This document shows positions 17,395 through 26,940 of a stretch of DNA of 45,008 nt, piece by piece. The notes beneath the pieces were generated by a model. The model was not told where the DNA came from. It searched no databases and saw nothing but the letters and a program-made list of their open reading frames with translations. This DNA is from a virus (Duplodnaviria; Caudoviricetes), in IMG/VR virus record IMGVR_UViG_3300017645_000005, positions 1-45,008 of that record, one strand, 5' to 3'. A program made the position numbers and the translations under genes. How positions within the stretch are numbered: position 1 is the first letter of the stretch; each line of letters starts with the position of its first letter.

Positions 17395-17404
17395 GAGACT
17401 TGAT

Positions 17405-17950
17405 ATGGATATAACTCAAGCCAAAGCCGCGTGGATTGATAATGACGGCGCGCTGCATTGGAACAGCGAAAGAAGTGGCGGATTAATTCCGCCGCTGCAT
17501 CCATCCCATGTAGATGCCCTCCGGACGCTCGACGAGCTAGGGATCCTGGTCGGGGATATGGATCCTTCACTCACTTTGGATGCCATAAAGGCCGCGTTGA
17601 AAACCAGTATTGATCAGGCGGCAGAAGCTGAACGCTTGAAGTATATTACGCCGGGCGATGGTCAGGTGATGACGTACCAGCAAAAGGTTGCGGAAGCGCA
17701 GGCATTCAAAGATGCAACAGATCCGCAGCCAGCCGATTATCCGCTGTTGATGTCCGAAGTTGGTATCACGGCATCCACGCTTGCGGACATGGCCGATATC
17801 GTTCTTGCTGCTTTTGCGCAATGGCAGTTGATCGGTGCCGCGATAGAAGGCATCCGGTTGGGAGCCAAACGCGATATCGATGCTGCGGCAGATGAGGCGG
17901 CTGCGCGAGCCATTGTCAATGCGATTGAGTGGCCGCAACCGGCGCTCTGA
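17405..17950 (+). CDS. Tail fiber assembly/chaperone protein (DUF4376-like)
   Basis: Follows the fiber gene; AGGAG RBS; YQQK.AEA..YPLL..E..IEG.R..AK..I..A pattern. Confidence 0.7.
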   Translation: MDITQAKAAWIDNDGALHWNSERSGGLIPPLHPSHVDALRTLDELGILVGDMDPSLTLDAIKAALKTSIDQAAEAERLKYITPGDGQVMTYQQKVAEAQAFKDATDPQPADYPLLMSEVGITASTLADMADIVLAAFAQWQLIGAAIEGIRLGAKRDIDAAADEAAARAIVNAIEWPQPAL

Positions 17951-18000
17951 TTTTTCCTGAAAACCTGACCCGCTGAGGTCTCAATCCAAGGAGTGCCGCT

Positions 18001-19431
18001 ATGGCATCTGTGTCCTTTCACCATGGCACGCGTGTATTCGAAAGTGCCGAAACCCCGCTTCTGGTACGCATGGCGCGCACTGCCGTCATCGGGCTTATCG
18101 GCACTGCGCCGAATGCGGACGTACTTTCGTTCCCATTGAATAAGCCGGTGCAGATCCTGCGCCCGCAGGACGCTGCAACGCTCGGCAATGCCGGTACGCT
18201 GAAAAACGCTATCGACAGCATTTTCGACCAGGTCGGCTGTCCGATCATTGTGGTTCGTGTTGAGGAAGGCGAGACGACGGCGGAAACCTGGTCGAACCTG
18301 ATCGGCGACCAGACCGCCTTTACCGGTGTCCATGCATTCCGGCGCGCATCGTCCGACGGGCTTTATAAGCCTAAGTTGCTTATTGCTCCTGGCTTCACTC
18401 AGACCTCACCAGCCGACGGCATTGCCTCGATCAATGTGACCGCAGGCGGAACCGGTTATGATGCTGACACGACGACCGTCGCGGTCACAGGGACAGGATC
18501 CGGTGCAGTCGCTGAGGCTGTTGTTGCCGAAGGCGCAATCACCGCGGTCATCGTTCGCAAGGCTGGTTATGGCTATACCGGGACGCCGACGGTTACGATC
18601 ACTGGCAAGGCTGGATCCAAGGACGCAACCGCAACCGCCAATATCGGTTCTGTTATGAACCCGGTTGTTGCCGAGCTGATGGGTGTAGCGGAAAAGCTGA
18701 AAGCCGTTGCTTATGTCGACGGGCCGGACACGACCGATCAGGCTGCAGTGCAGTACCGTGGGCTGATCAATTCGGGGCGCATCGCGATTTGCGATCCGAA
18801 AGTCTTGAAGTACGACACGGAACTTGATGCCAACGTTCCGGCCCCATCCTCGCCGATCTTCGCCGCCAAGCAGGCAAAAATGGATCTGGAGCAAGGCTTC
18901 TGGTGGTCCGGTTCGAATGTCGGGATCTCCGGTATTGTCGGTGTCAATCGTCCTATCGAATATGGCGACCAGTCGAACTACCTCAATGAAAACTGGATCA
19001 ACACGATTGTTAATATCGATAATACCGGCTTCCGGCTCTGGGGTGTCTGGACCTGCGCCGCAGAATTGCTCTGGCAGTTTATCCCGGTTCGCCGCACGGC
19101 TGACGCGATCAATGAAGCGCTGGAAAAGGCCTATCTTGAATTTGTCGACAAGCCGTTCTCCCGCGCCAATCTGAAATTCATGGTCGAGGGCGGGCGCGCT
19201 TTCCTTCGGCAGATGGAAGCCGAAGGCGCAATTCTGCCTGGCCATGATTGCTGGCTGTTGGATACGAACACCGACAACGATATGGCGCAAGGCATCATCA
19301 AGCTTGGTGTGAAGTTCGAACCGCCTGCACCGATGGTTGATATCCGTATTACGGCTTATCGCAATATCGCGAGCTATACACTGCTGCTCAACCAGGTTGC
19401 GCAGGAAATCACTTCCGGATCGGCTGGCTAA
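18001..19431 (+). CDS. Contractile tail sheath (P2 FI-like) with inserted domain
   Basis: FHHG.RV.E, TAVIGLIGTA, P.LLIAPGF, GFWWS.SN, GFRLWG and RRTAD motifs. Confidence 0.95.
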   Translation: MASVSFHHGTRVFESAETPLLVRMARTAVIGLIGTAPNADVLSFPLNKPVQILRPQDAATLGNAGTLKNAIDSIFDQVGCPIIVVRVEEGETTAETWSNLIGDQTAFTGVHAFRRASSDGLYKPKLLIAPGFTQTSPADGIASINVTAGGTGYDADTTTVAVTGTGSGAVAEAVVAEGAITAVIVRKAGYGYTGTPTVTITGKAGSKDATATANIGSVMNPVVAELMGVAEKLKAVAYVDGPDTTDQAAVQYRGLINSGRIAICDPKVLKYDTELDANVPAPSSPIFAAKQAKMDLEQGFWWSGSNVGISGIVGVNRPIEYGDQSNYLNENWINTIVNIDNTGFRLWGVWTCAAELLWQFIPVRRTADAINEALEKAYLEFVDKPFSRANLKFMVEGGRAFLRQMEAEGAILPGHDCWLLDTNTDNDMAQGIIKLGVKFEPPAPMVDIRITAYRNIASYTLLLNQVAQEITSGSAG

Positions 19432-19489
19432 GCGCCAGCCCACTCCCACTCCAGCTCTTACAATTCAACGTCATTAAGGGGTTAGGCTC

Positions 19490-19996
19490 ATGTCTGACAT
19501 GCCGCGTTATATCCTGCGGAACTGCACCATTTTTGCAGACCGCGTATCGAAGATCGGGCAGGCAAGCGAGATCACGCTGCCGGTGCCGACGGAAAAGGTC
19601 GAGGAACTGCGCAACGCCGGTATGGTGCTGCCGATTGATGTCCCGATGGGTTATGAAAAACTGGAGGCAAGTTTCAAGCTCTCTGGCTTTGATCCTCAGG
19701 TTATCACGTTGTTCGGCCTGGAAGTCGGTTCCGAGCGCGAGTTCATGGTGACCGGTGCGCTTGTGCACGAGGATGGCACCGTCGTCAACGCAACGGCCTA
19801 TATTCGCGGTCGACTCATCAAGAACGATCACGGCGCCTGGAAGCCGGGTGACATGGCCGAGAACGATTTCTCGATCACGCTTCGCTATTACAAGCTGGAA
19901 GTCGAAGGGGCGAACCTGATCGAAATGACGCCGTTTGATGTTTCCATCGGCGGAACGTCGCGCACTCAATCCATTCGCAGCGCGCTTCTCGCGTAA
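19490..19996 (+). CDS. Tail tube protein (P2 FII-like)
   Basis: EITLP..EELR.AGM..D..MG.EKLE; YYKLEV.G. Confidence 0.93.
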   Translation: MSDMPRYILRNCTIFADRVSKIGQASEITLPVPTEKVEELRNAGMVLPIDVPMGYEKLEASFKLSGFDPQVITLFGLEVGSEREFMVTGALVHEDGTVVNATAYIRGRLIKNDHGAWKPGDMAENDFSITLRYYKLEVEGANLIEMTPFDVSIGGTSRTQSIRSALLA

Positions 19997-20023
19997 CGCT
20001 CACCAGTTCGACAAGGATCGAAA

Positions 20024-20302
20024 ATGCCTGAACCCGTAAAAGTAAAGCTCTCGACGACCTACAAGATTGCTGGTGTCGAGACGGATGAAATCACAATTCG
20101 CGAACCGAAGGTCGCGGATCTCATCACGGTTGAAAGTGTTGCAAATGGCGGCGGCAATAATGCCGTGCTGACACTGATGATTGCACAGCTCTCCGGCGCA
20201 ACTCAGCCAGAAATCGCACAATTCTCCCTCGGCGATTACAAGAGGTGCAGCAAGATCGTCACCCCTTTCTTGATCGAGGCAAGCTCGGATGGCGACGCCT
20301 GA
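20024..20302 (+). CDS. Tail assembly chaperone (gpE-like)
   Basis: I.IREPKV.DL motif; lies between tube and tape measure. Confidence 0.88.
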   Translation: MPEPVKVKLSTTYKIAGVETDEITIREPKVADLITVESVANGGGNNAVLTLMIAQLSGATQPEIAQFSLGDYKRCSKIVTPFLIEASSDGDA

Positions 20303-20421
20303 CCATCTGGCTTAGCCAGAACCTTTACACCCCGATATCGACATTCATGGAAATGACGCCGCAGGAAGTCTTGCTGTGGCGTGACGATGCCGTCGATCTG
20401 ATGAAAGCAAAGAGAAAATAA
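20263..20421 (+). CDS. -1 frameshift extension of the chaperone (gpE+E' type)
   Basis: Slippery C-CCT-TTC at 20263-20269. The -1 frame reads ..WRRLTIWLSQNLYTPISTFMEMTPQEVLLWRDDA.. to TAA 20419-20421, overlapping the tape-measure ATG. Confidence 0.78.
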   Translation, partial: PFLDRGKLGWRRLTIWLSQNLYTPISTFMEMTPQEVLLWRDDAVDLMKAKRK

Positions 20422-22808
20422 TGGCTGTCCTGAGTTCCAAGCTTGTTGTTTCGCTTGTCGATCAGATCACCGGGCCCGCTCGCGGTGTTGCTGCTGCGCT
20501 CGACGGTCTCAACCGTCGCGCCAGCAGAACCACGTCCGCGATCATGGGGGCGGGCGGCGGCTTTTCCGTCGGGGCGCTGGCTCGCAATCTTGTCGCCATT
20601 GGTGCAGGCTATGTCGGCGTTCGTGAAGGCATCGGCGGCACCGTCGGTGCTGCCATGAAATTCGAGGAAGCGTTCGCCGATGTCCGCAAGGTCGTCGACG
20701 GCACGCCTGCGCAATTGTCCGTCGTTCGATCCGAGATCCTCGGACTATCGAAGGAACTCCCGGTAACTGCCGATGGGCTTGCCTCGATCTATGCTGCTGC
20801 CGGTCAGTCCGGCGTTGCCTTGCAGGAACTGACAAAGTTCTCGGAAATGGCGGCAAAGGTCAGCGTGGCGTGGGATACGTCGCAGGGCGAAACTGGCGAC
20901 GCATTGGCAAAGATCAAGACCCAGCTTGGTTTCAACGTCGACCAGATCGGTTTGCACGCTGACGCCATCAATCACCTTGCGAACAATACCGCTTCGGCTG
21001 CTCGCGACCTCGTCGAGTTTGACAAGCGGGTTGCTGCGACCGGCAAGATGTTCGGCTTTTCCGATACTCAGACACTCGCATTCGGTGCGTCGATGATTTC
21101 GGCAGGTGCTGAGGCGGAAGTTGCGGCGACCTCGTTCCGCAATATGGGGCGAGCGCTGACGAAAGGCGAGCAGGCGACAAAGTCGCAGCGTTTGGCATTT
21201 GCAAAGCTCGGCCTCGATTCCGTCAAGGTATCGAAGAACATGCAGAAAGATGCGCTCAAGACCACGTTGAACGTGATCGAGCGGATCCAGCAGCTACCGA
21301 AAGATCAGCATATCAGCATCGCTTCTGCCTTGTTCGGTGATGAGGCGCGAGCGCTCATGCCCATCATTGCCGATACGAAAGAGCTGCGTCGCGAGCTTGC
21401 GATGATCGGCACTGAGTCGAACTACAGCGGATCCGCATTTCAGGAATATATGGTTCGCGCTGAAACGACCGCGAACGCCTTGCAGCTGCTCGGAAACAAG
21501 ATCAAAGCTTATGGCATCGGCGTTGGTGACAGCTGGTTGCCGACGATCAAGGATATGAGCCTTGGTATCGGCGATGTGCTGGACACGCTGGATAAACGTG
21601 TGGGCGTCATCGACAAGATCGAAATGGCCGTCAAGGGCTTGATGAGCGGTTTCGGTTATGGGGGCGAGGGCGGAACACGCCAGCTAATCAATGATCTCGG
21701 TGATCTTCTGTTTGGCAAGGCCTTTGAAGGCGACGGCACGCAGGTCGATCAGCGCATGATTGATCTGGCCAAGCTCTCGAACAATTTCCGCAAGATCGGT
21801 CTAGACCTGAAAGCCTTCGCCAAAGATATTGGGGAAGGGGATCTGTTAGGCGCTGCCGGGAATATCTCGGAAGCTCTCAGCAAGATGTCTGGTTCTGCGA
21901 CCGTGATAAGTGCACTCGGCATTGCCGCTACCGGCGCAGCGATGCTGACTTTGGGGCGCGGTATCACCCGTTTAGCTATGTCCCCATTTGGGAAGATCGC
22001 CCTTGTATCTTCCGCAGCTATCACGCTGATTGATGCCGTCAAGGGTGCTAACAGCATTGGTGAGTTCGCGGATAATCTGGCCAAACTTTCAATGGTTGAC
22101 TGGGCTATGATTGCTGGTGGTTTGTTGGCGGTTTCCGGTCCGCTCCTAAACCTGCGAAACCTGATCGCAGGAACGGCGGCGGCTGGTGCCGCTTCTACAG
22201 CGGTTGGCGGTGGCGCTGCAGCTGCTGGTGGTGCTGGTGCTGGATGGTTGAGCCGAATTCTTGGTGCTGGCGGTGGCACCGGGGGTATGGTGGCCCGTGG
22301 TGGCATATGGGGGCTTATGGCCTATGGTCTCTACAAGGGGCTTGAAGCAAAAGGTCCGTCCGATCCTCGCTACATTAACCCGGAATTTTTCGTACAGAAG
22401 TCCAACGAACAAAGGGCCAAAGCAGGTACTGGTACGGGGCAAGTGTTACCAGCCGCGCCTCTGCCAAATCAGCCCGCGCAAAACGCGTCCCAGCCGTTTA
22501 GTTTCGGTGCGCTGTGGAACGCATTGACCGCGCCGTCTCCTACTGCTGGCATTGCAGGGGCAAAGGGGCCGGCTGATGTTTCGTTGGTTGGGACGCCATC
22601 TGTTTCAGTTGCTACGCCGGTACAGACCATGCCGAGTGGAACGCAAGATGTGCGGGTTACCAATCCGCAGCCTGCTCCTGTGGTGACGGTTCATATGACC
22701 GTGCAGACCGGCGCTTCTCCGGAACAGATCGCATCTCAGACAGCACAAGCAGTCGCAGCTCAATTCCGTGCGGCGTCTGGCGGAGCATATTCCGACGGGG
22801 GAATGTAA
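20421..22808 (+). CDS. Tail tape measure protein (TP901-like core)
   Basis: FE.AFADVRKV, DAINHL.NN, LFG.EA; Ala/Gly rich; 795 aa. Confidence 0.93.
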   Translation: MAVLSSKLVVSLVDQITGPARGVAAALDGLNRRASRTTSAIMGAGGGFSVGALARNLVAIGAGYVGVREGIGGTVGAAMKFEEAFADVRKVVDGTPAQLSVVRSEILGLSKELPVTADGLASIYAAAGQSGVALQELTKFSEMAAKVSVAWDTSQGETGDALAKIKTQLGFNVDQIGLHADAINHLANNTASAARDLVEFDKRVAATGKMFGFSDTQTLAFGASMISAGAEAEVAATSFRNMGRALTKGEQATKSQRLAFAKLGLDSVKVSKNMQKDALKTTLNVIERIQQLPKDQHISIASALFGDEARALMPIIADTKELRRELAMIGTESNYSGSAFQEYMVRAETTANALQLLGNKIKAYGIGVGDSWLPTIKDMSLGIGDVLDTLDKRVGVIDKIEMAVKGLMSGFGYGGEGGTRQLINDLGDLLFGKAFEGDGTQVDQRMIDLAKLSNNFRKIGLDLKAFAKDIGEGDLLGAAGNISEALSKMSGSATVISALGIAATGAAMLTLGRGITRLAMSPFGKIALVSSAAITLIDAVKGANSIGEFADNLAKLSMVDWAMIAGGLLAVSGPLLNLRNLIAGTAAAGAASTAVGGGAAAAGGAGAGWLSRILGAGGGTGGMVARGGIWGLMAYGLYKGLEAKGPSDPRYINPEFFVQKSNEQRAKAGTGTGQVLPAAPLPNQPAQNASQPFSFGALWNALTAPSPTAGIAGAKGPADVSLVGTPSVSVATPVQTMPSGTQDVRVTNPQPAPVVTVHMTVQTGASPEQIASQTAQAVAAQFRAASGGAYSDGGM

Positions 22809-23233
22809 TGGCAATTCCGATGTGCTTAGGGCCTTTCATGTTTCATTCCCTTCGGTTCGGTTACCGGGGATTGAAGCGTGACCTTTCCACCCGTTGGGCC
22901 GACATCAACACTGTAGGCGGGTTGAACCGCCTCCAATGGACAGGCGGCGACGATGATCGCACTACAATTGAAGGAGTGTTGTTCCCGCATGAGTTCGGCG
23001 GATTGGCTGTCCTTGAAGGCCTTCGCGGGGCGGCTGTTGCCGGAACTGTATTGCCGCTTATTACACTAGCCGGGAATGTCTACGGTATGCATGTGATCGA
23101 AGGTATTAGTGAAGATCAGTCGTATCATACTACGCTAGGACAGCCGCGAATGGATGTTTTTCGCATCCAGCTCAAGCGCTACAGCGGTGGCAGCTTTTCG
23201 CCGATTTCAGTTATTCAGTCACTATTCGGGTGA
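22808..23233 (+). CDS. Tail protein gpU-like
   Basis: M.LG.F.F..LQWTG..I..EG.LFP..G.V.G..VI pattern. Confidence 0.88.
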   Translation: MAIPMCLGPFMFHSLRFGYRGLKRDLSTRWADINTVGGLNRLQWTGGDDDRTTIEGVLFPHEFGGLAVLEGLRGAAVAGTVLPLITLAGNVYGMHVIEGISEDQSYHTTLGQPRMDVFRIQLKRYSGGSFSPISVIQSLFG

Positions 23234-23237
23234 TGCC

Positions 23238-23450
23238 ATGAGGCGTGTTTATACAACGATACAAGGCGAAATGGTTGATGCTATCTGCCGTAAGGTCTAT
23301 GGCGACGAAAGCGGCTATGTCGAGCGGGTTTTGGAAGCTAACCCAGGGCTGGCGGCGCTGCCGCATCGGTTGCCAATTGGTACAAAAATTCATCTTCCCG
23401 ATGCTTTGCGAACAGATCAAAACCAACCGCTGATTGCACTATGGGACTAG
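23238..23450 (+). CDS. Tail protein X (P2 gpX-like)
   Basis: T.QGE.VD.IC..VYG..VLEANPGLA..LP.G..I.LP..LWD. Confidence 0.92.
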   Translation: MRRVYTTIQGEMVDAICRKVYGDESGYVERVLEANPGLAALPHRLPIGTKIHLPDALRTDQNQPLIALWD

Positions 23451-23451
23451 C

Positions 23452-23829
23452 CTACAAGCCAATTGCTGGTCTGCAAATAGCGCGATCAGCTTCATTGTTC
23501 TCTGGTGTTGCGGAATAGGTTGCCTGTTCTCCGGCGGTTTCCCCTGGCTGAACATTTGTAATGTATGCCTCCGCTACGTCGAGGAACTTGTCACCTTTCA
23601 TGATGCGACAAGATACAGTGATCCAGCTGAACGCAAGGTCGCTGTCATTTTTGATTTGCACCAAAACCCTTGGATTCTCTGGATCCCTCTTGATGTCTTG
23701 GCTTACAATTTTGACCATTGCCATCGCAGCCGTCACTGCTTGAGGTGTCGGCCTATTATTATCTGCCGTCGCAGCGCCGATTTGAACGATGCTACTCAGC
23801 AGCGCAGTAGAAACAAAAAGCTTCCTCAT
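23452..23829 (-). CDS. Secreted protein moron, FxLYD-like Ig fold (putative)
   Basis: Signal peptide MRKLFVSTALL..AATA; V.IKN.SD..V.C....IT NVQPGET pattern; exactly fills the gpX-gpD gap on the opposite strand. Confidence 0.65.
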   Translation of the reverse strand: MRKLFVSTALLSSIVQIGAATADNNRPTPQAVTAAMAMVKIVSQDIKRDPENPRVLVQIKNDSDLAFSWITVSCRIMKGDKFLDVAEAYITNVQPGETAGEQATYSATPENNEADRAICRPAIGL

Positions 23830-23868
23830 TTTTCCCCCGTTTAATCAAAGTTCAGCACTAGGTGCTTC

Positions 23869-25023
23869 ATGAAGACTCCAGCCTTTGAAATAAAAGTCAA
23901 CGGCAAAGCCGTCGCGTCCATTATGAATGAACGGCTTATCTCGCTGACTGTCACTGACAAAGAGGGTGTCGGCTCGGACTCGATTGATGTCGACCTGAAT
24001 GATGGCAACCCGTTTGCCGCCATCCCTAAAAAGGGTGACAAGATTGAGGTGTCGCTTGGCTATGCAGAGACCGGCATACTCCCTTTCGGTGCGTTCACTG
24101 TGGATGACCCAGAGATCCGCTGCCTTCCCTACGGCATGAATATTCGAGGGCGAGGGGCGAATATCCGCGACAAGTTCAAGCAAAGCCGCTCCCGCCACTG
24201 GGATGAAAAGACTGTTGCTGAGATCCTTCAGCAGATCGCTTCCGAAAACGGTTTGCAGCCCGTCATCGACGATGAAGTCGCTTCGCACAAGTACGACTGG
24301 TTCGGACAGCAGGATGAGAGCGACATGCATGTTTGCGAGCGCCTGGCACGTATTCATGGTGCATTGTTCTCGGTCAAGGATGGCAAGCTGATTTTTGCGA
24401 AGCGCGGTAGTGGAAAGTCCGCGAGCGGCAAAGACCTGACGCCTATTGTCGTCGGGCCATTCGAGATCGTGCAGGGCACATGTCGCATCAACTTCGCCTA
24501 TCGCAAGAAAGTCAAAACAGTGCGCGCAAAGGTTCGCGACCGCGCCAAGGCTGAGACGGTCGAGGTCGAGGAAGACAGCGACGAGGAAGGCACCGCCGAT
24601 TTTACGGTGAAGGAAAATTTCAGCACGGAAGCCGAAGCGAAAAAAGCTGCAAAATCCAAGGCGGAAAGCCTCAAGGCGGAAACTGTCAAAACCTTTGTCA
24701 CAGTGTTTGGCGATCCGACCATTCGGGCAGGCGCACCATTTTCCTACCAGAATGTGCGGCCGGAAATTGACGGTATAGAATTCATTATCGAGACAGCAAC
24801 CCACCGCATCAGCAAATCGGGATATATGACCGATATCGAGGCGAAGCTAAAGCCGGTCGCCAGCAAGGCATCCAAGGATAAGAAAAAGTCGACTGCGGCG
24901 AGCACCTCGAAGACAAACGAGAACAGTCCGAAGACGCCAGCGGTTCCGGATCCCAAGCCGCAAGCGCCCGCAACCTCAACGACGGGCGGGTCACCTATGG
25001 GCATGGGTATAGGTCGCGCCTAG
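23869..25023 (+). CDS. Baseplate hub / late control gpD family
   Basis: P.F.I.V.G..RLISL..TD..G..SD, Q..ESD..RLA..GA..VK.G.L; low-complexity C-terminal tail. Confidence 0.92.
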   Translation: MKTPAFEIKVNGKAVASIMNERLISLTVTDKEGVGSDSIDVDLNDGNPFAAIPKKGDKIEVSLGYAETGILPFGAFTVDDPEIRCLPYGMNIRGRGANIRDKFKQSRSRHWDEKTVAEILQQIASENGLQPVIDDEVASHKYDWFGQQDESDMHVCERLARIHGALFSVKDGKLIFAKRGSGKSASGKDLTPIVVGPFEIVQGTCRINFAYRKKVKTVRAKVRDRAKAETVEVEEDSDEEGTADFTVKENFSTEAEAKKAAKSKAESLKAETVKTFVTVFGDPTIRAGAPFSYQNVRPEIDGIEFIIETATHRISKSGYMTDIEAKLKPVASKASKDKKKSTAASTSKTNENSPKTPAVPDPKPQAPATSTTGGSPMGMGIGRA

Positions 25024-25051
25024 CGCCGCTCGAATTTCCAACGGGGCAATC

Positions 25052-25594
25052 ATGAAATACATCATCCGGAATTATCCGGTCGTCTTCATCAAATGGGCGA
25101 TCTACGGGATCTTGCTGCTTATTGCCAAGCTGGTAGCGATCCTGATCGCACCGATATTGGCGCTCTGGTCGGTGTTGGCAGGGATTTCGGTTCTGCCATA
25201 CCCATTCTCGCTTTTTCACACGCATGATGACGACCTGGACGGCGGGCAGCATCAGCTTGGATGGCCGCAAGCCAAGGGCTTCAAATTGTGGTGGCAGCGA
25301 ACACGATGGATCATGCGAAACCCGGCCTACGGATTTGCGGCTAATGTTTTCGGTTTCAGGTTCGACGGCGTTACCACCGTTTATCAGATCGACAGTGGCA
25401 GCTTTGACTGGTCGAAACCCGGCACATTCTATGAGGGTGTATATCGAGACGCGAATGGCCGATTGTTTTTCTCGTATCGCGCCCGCTTCAAGATCCTCGG
25501 CAAGATCTGCGGTTGCTGGATCGGCTGGAGCTATGTCGCTTACGACAATGTCAGTCTGCAGCTGAAGATCTCCCTCATATCCATCGTCAAATAG
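25052..25594 (+). CDS. Conserved phage membrane-associated hypothetical protein
   Basis: Hydrophobic N-terminus with T.DD.LDG and W..RNPAYGF motifs, as seen in phage proteins near lysis cassettes. Confidence 0.7.
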   Translation: MKYIIRNYPVVFIKWAIYGILLLIAKLVAILIAPILALWSVLAGISVLPYPFSLFHTHDDDLDGGQHQLGWPQAKGFKLWWQRTRWIMRNPAYGFAANVFGFRFDGVTTVYQIDSGSFDWSKPGTFYEGVYRDANGRLFFSYRARFKILGKICGCWIGWSYVAYDNVSLQLKISLISIVK

Positions 25595-25602
25595 AGGCTG
25601 TC

Positions 25603-25824
25603 ATGCAGCTTGTGCCCGATTGGCGGCACGTCTTGCGAAAGGCGTGGTCTGTCCGCCTGATCCTGCTTGCCGGTGTTCTAACCGGCATCGAAGCCGTGTT
25701 GCCGCTCCTTGGTGACACTTTCCCCATCCCCTCCGGCGTGTTCGCGTTGCTGACCTTTGTTGTGGTGGTCGCAGCCTTCGTGATGCGCCTTGTTTCTCAG
25801 AAGGTATTCCGAAATGGCGAGTAA
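25603..25824 (+). CDS. Holin-like 2-TM protein
   Basis: MQLVPDWR..LRKAWSVRL..RLV.Q; two TM helices; overlaps the endolysin. Confidence 0.75.
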   Translation: MQLVPDWRHVLRKAWSVRLILLAGVLTGIEAVLPLLGDTFPIPSGVFALLTFVVVVAAFVMRLVSQKVFRNGE

Positions 25825-26320
25825 ACGCGCAAAGGCCGCTCTTGCATCTGGTTTGGGGCTCGTCGCTTTGACGGCGACTTATCTGACCGCGCCATGGGAG
25901 GGGATGGAAAACCATGCCTATTATGACAAGCTCGGCAGGGTCTGGACTGTGTGCCTGGGTGAAACCAAAGGCGTGCAGAAAGGCGACTATTATACTGACA
26001 GGCAGTGCCGCGAAAAGCTCATCACCCGACTGGAGAACGATTTCCGGCAACCGCTGCGCAAGTGTATTCGCACTTTCGATCAGGCACCCATTAGCGTGCA
26101 GGCGTCCATGCTGGATCTCTCCTATAACATCGGGACAGGTGCGGCCTGTAAATCAACTGCCGCCCGCCGCATGAGTGAACGGCAATGGCGTGCCGCCTGC
26201 AACGCGATGACCGCTTTCAATCGCGCTGGGGGCAAAGTCGTGGACGGTCTGAAAAAGCGCCGCGAACTGGGTGACGCTCAGCGCATCGGTGAGTTGGAAC
26301 TCTGTCTGGCAGGTCTGTGA
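25814..26320 (+). CDS. GH24 lysozyme, SAR-type endolysin
   Basis: E-8aa-D-5aa-T triad (WEG..AYYD..VWT.C.G.T), YNIG.GA and GL..RR; Gly/Ala-rich N-terminal anchor. Confidence 0.92.
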   Translation: MASKRAKAALASGLGLVALTATYLTAPWEGMENHAYYDKLGRVWTVCLGETKGVQKGDYYTDRQCREKLITRLENDFRQPLRKCIRTFDQAPISVQASMLDLSYNIGTGAACKSTAARRMSERQWRAACNAMTAFNRAGGKVVDGLKKRRELGDAQRIGELELCLAGL

Positions 26321-26703
26321 TGTTCGGCTTGCTGGACTATCTCAAGATTGGCGCTGGCTGCGCCGTCGGGATCGTGCTGTCTGCGATCTATTTTAACGGT
26401 GTTCCGGTTCTCAAAGATCTTCCCTATGTGGGCGCTGTGTTCGAAGGGCAGGCAAAGAAAGGCCTTGTTCCAGAATTTCAGGCGGCGGCGCTGCGGGCAG
26501 AGCTCGACGAGATGCGACGGCAGGGCAAGGCCAACGCACTTGTGATTGAAGCCTACCAGGTGCAGTTGCGGAACGCTCGCGCAGCTGAGGCCGCACAGAT
26601 CGAAAAATCTGAACAGGAGATAGCGGACTATGAGAAAAAGCTGGCAGCGGCGGGCCGTGCCTGTCTGCTTGATCGCGATGATTTGCAGTTCCTGCGCCAG
26701 TGA
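26320..26703 (+). CDS. Rz-like inner-membrane spanin
   Basis: N-terminal TM helix, coiled coil and C-terminal Cys; follows the endolysin. Confidence 0.7.
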   Translation: MFGLLDYLKIGAGCAVGIVLSAIYFNGVPVLKDLPYVGAVFEGQAKKGLVPEFQAAALRAELDEMRRQGKANALVIEAYQVQLRNARAAEAAQIEKSEQEIADYEKKLAAAGRACLLDRDDLQFLRQ

Positions 26704-26929
26704 TCGACTGCTGCAAGATGCTGCTGAACAGCAAGGCAAAGCGCAGGCGCGTATTGTTCCGCCTGATTATCCAGACGACTGCCGAGAGAAGGAGCTACAT
26801 GCGCCATTGATCGAGGGAGCGGAGGTTCGCTCCATCTTGAAAAGGGAGCGAGCGGCGCTCGACAGACAGAATGCGCGAACGGATCGATGTGCGGAATTCT
26901 ATGACAGCTGGGCAAGGGGGCTACGGTGA
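26630..26929 (+). CDS. Rz1-like outer-membrane lipoprotein spanin (overlapped type)
   Basis: Signal ending in CSS-C22, PPDYP.DC segment; overlaps the Rz 3' end in another frame. Confidence 0.7.
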   Translation: MRKSWQRRAVPVCLIAMICSSCASDRLLQDAAEQQGKAQARIVPPDYPDDCREKELHAPLIEGAEVRSILKRERAALDRQNARTDRCAEFYDSWARGLR

Positions 26930-26940
26930 GGGAAGGTGCG

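Noticed and set aside
15826-17950. Diversity-generating retroelement or invertible fiber cassette
   Set aside because: No reverse transcriptase, template repeat, invertase or inverted fiber copy is visible in the window.
22170-22310. GCT/GGT-rich repeat in the tape measure gene
   Set aside because: Reflects ordinary Ala/Gly low-complexity coding.
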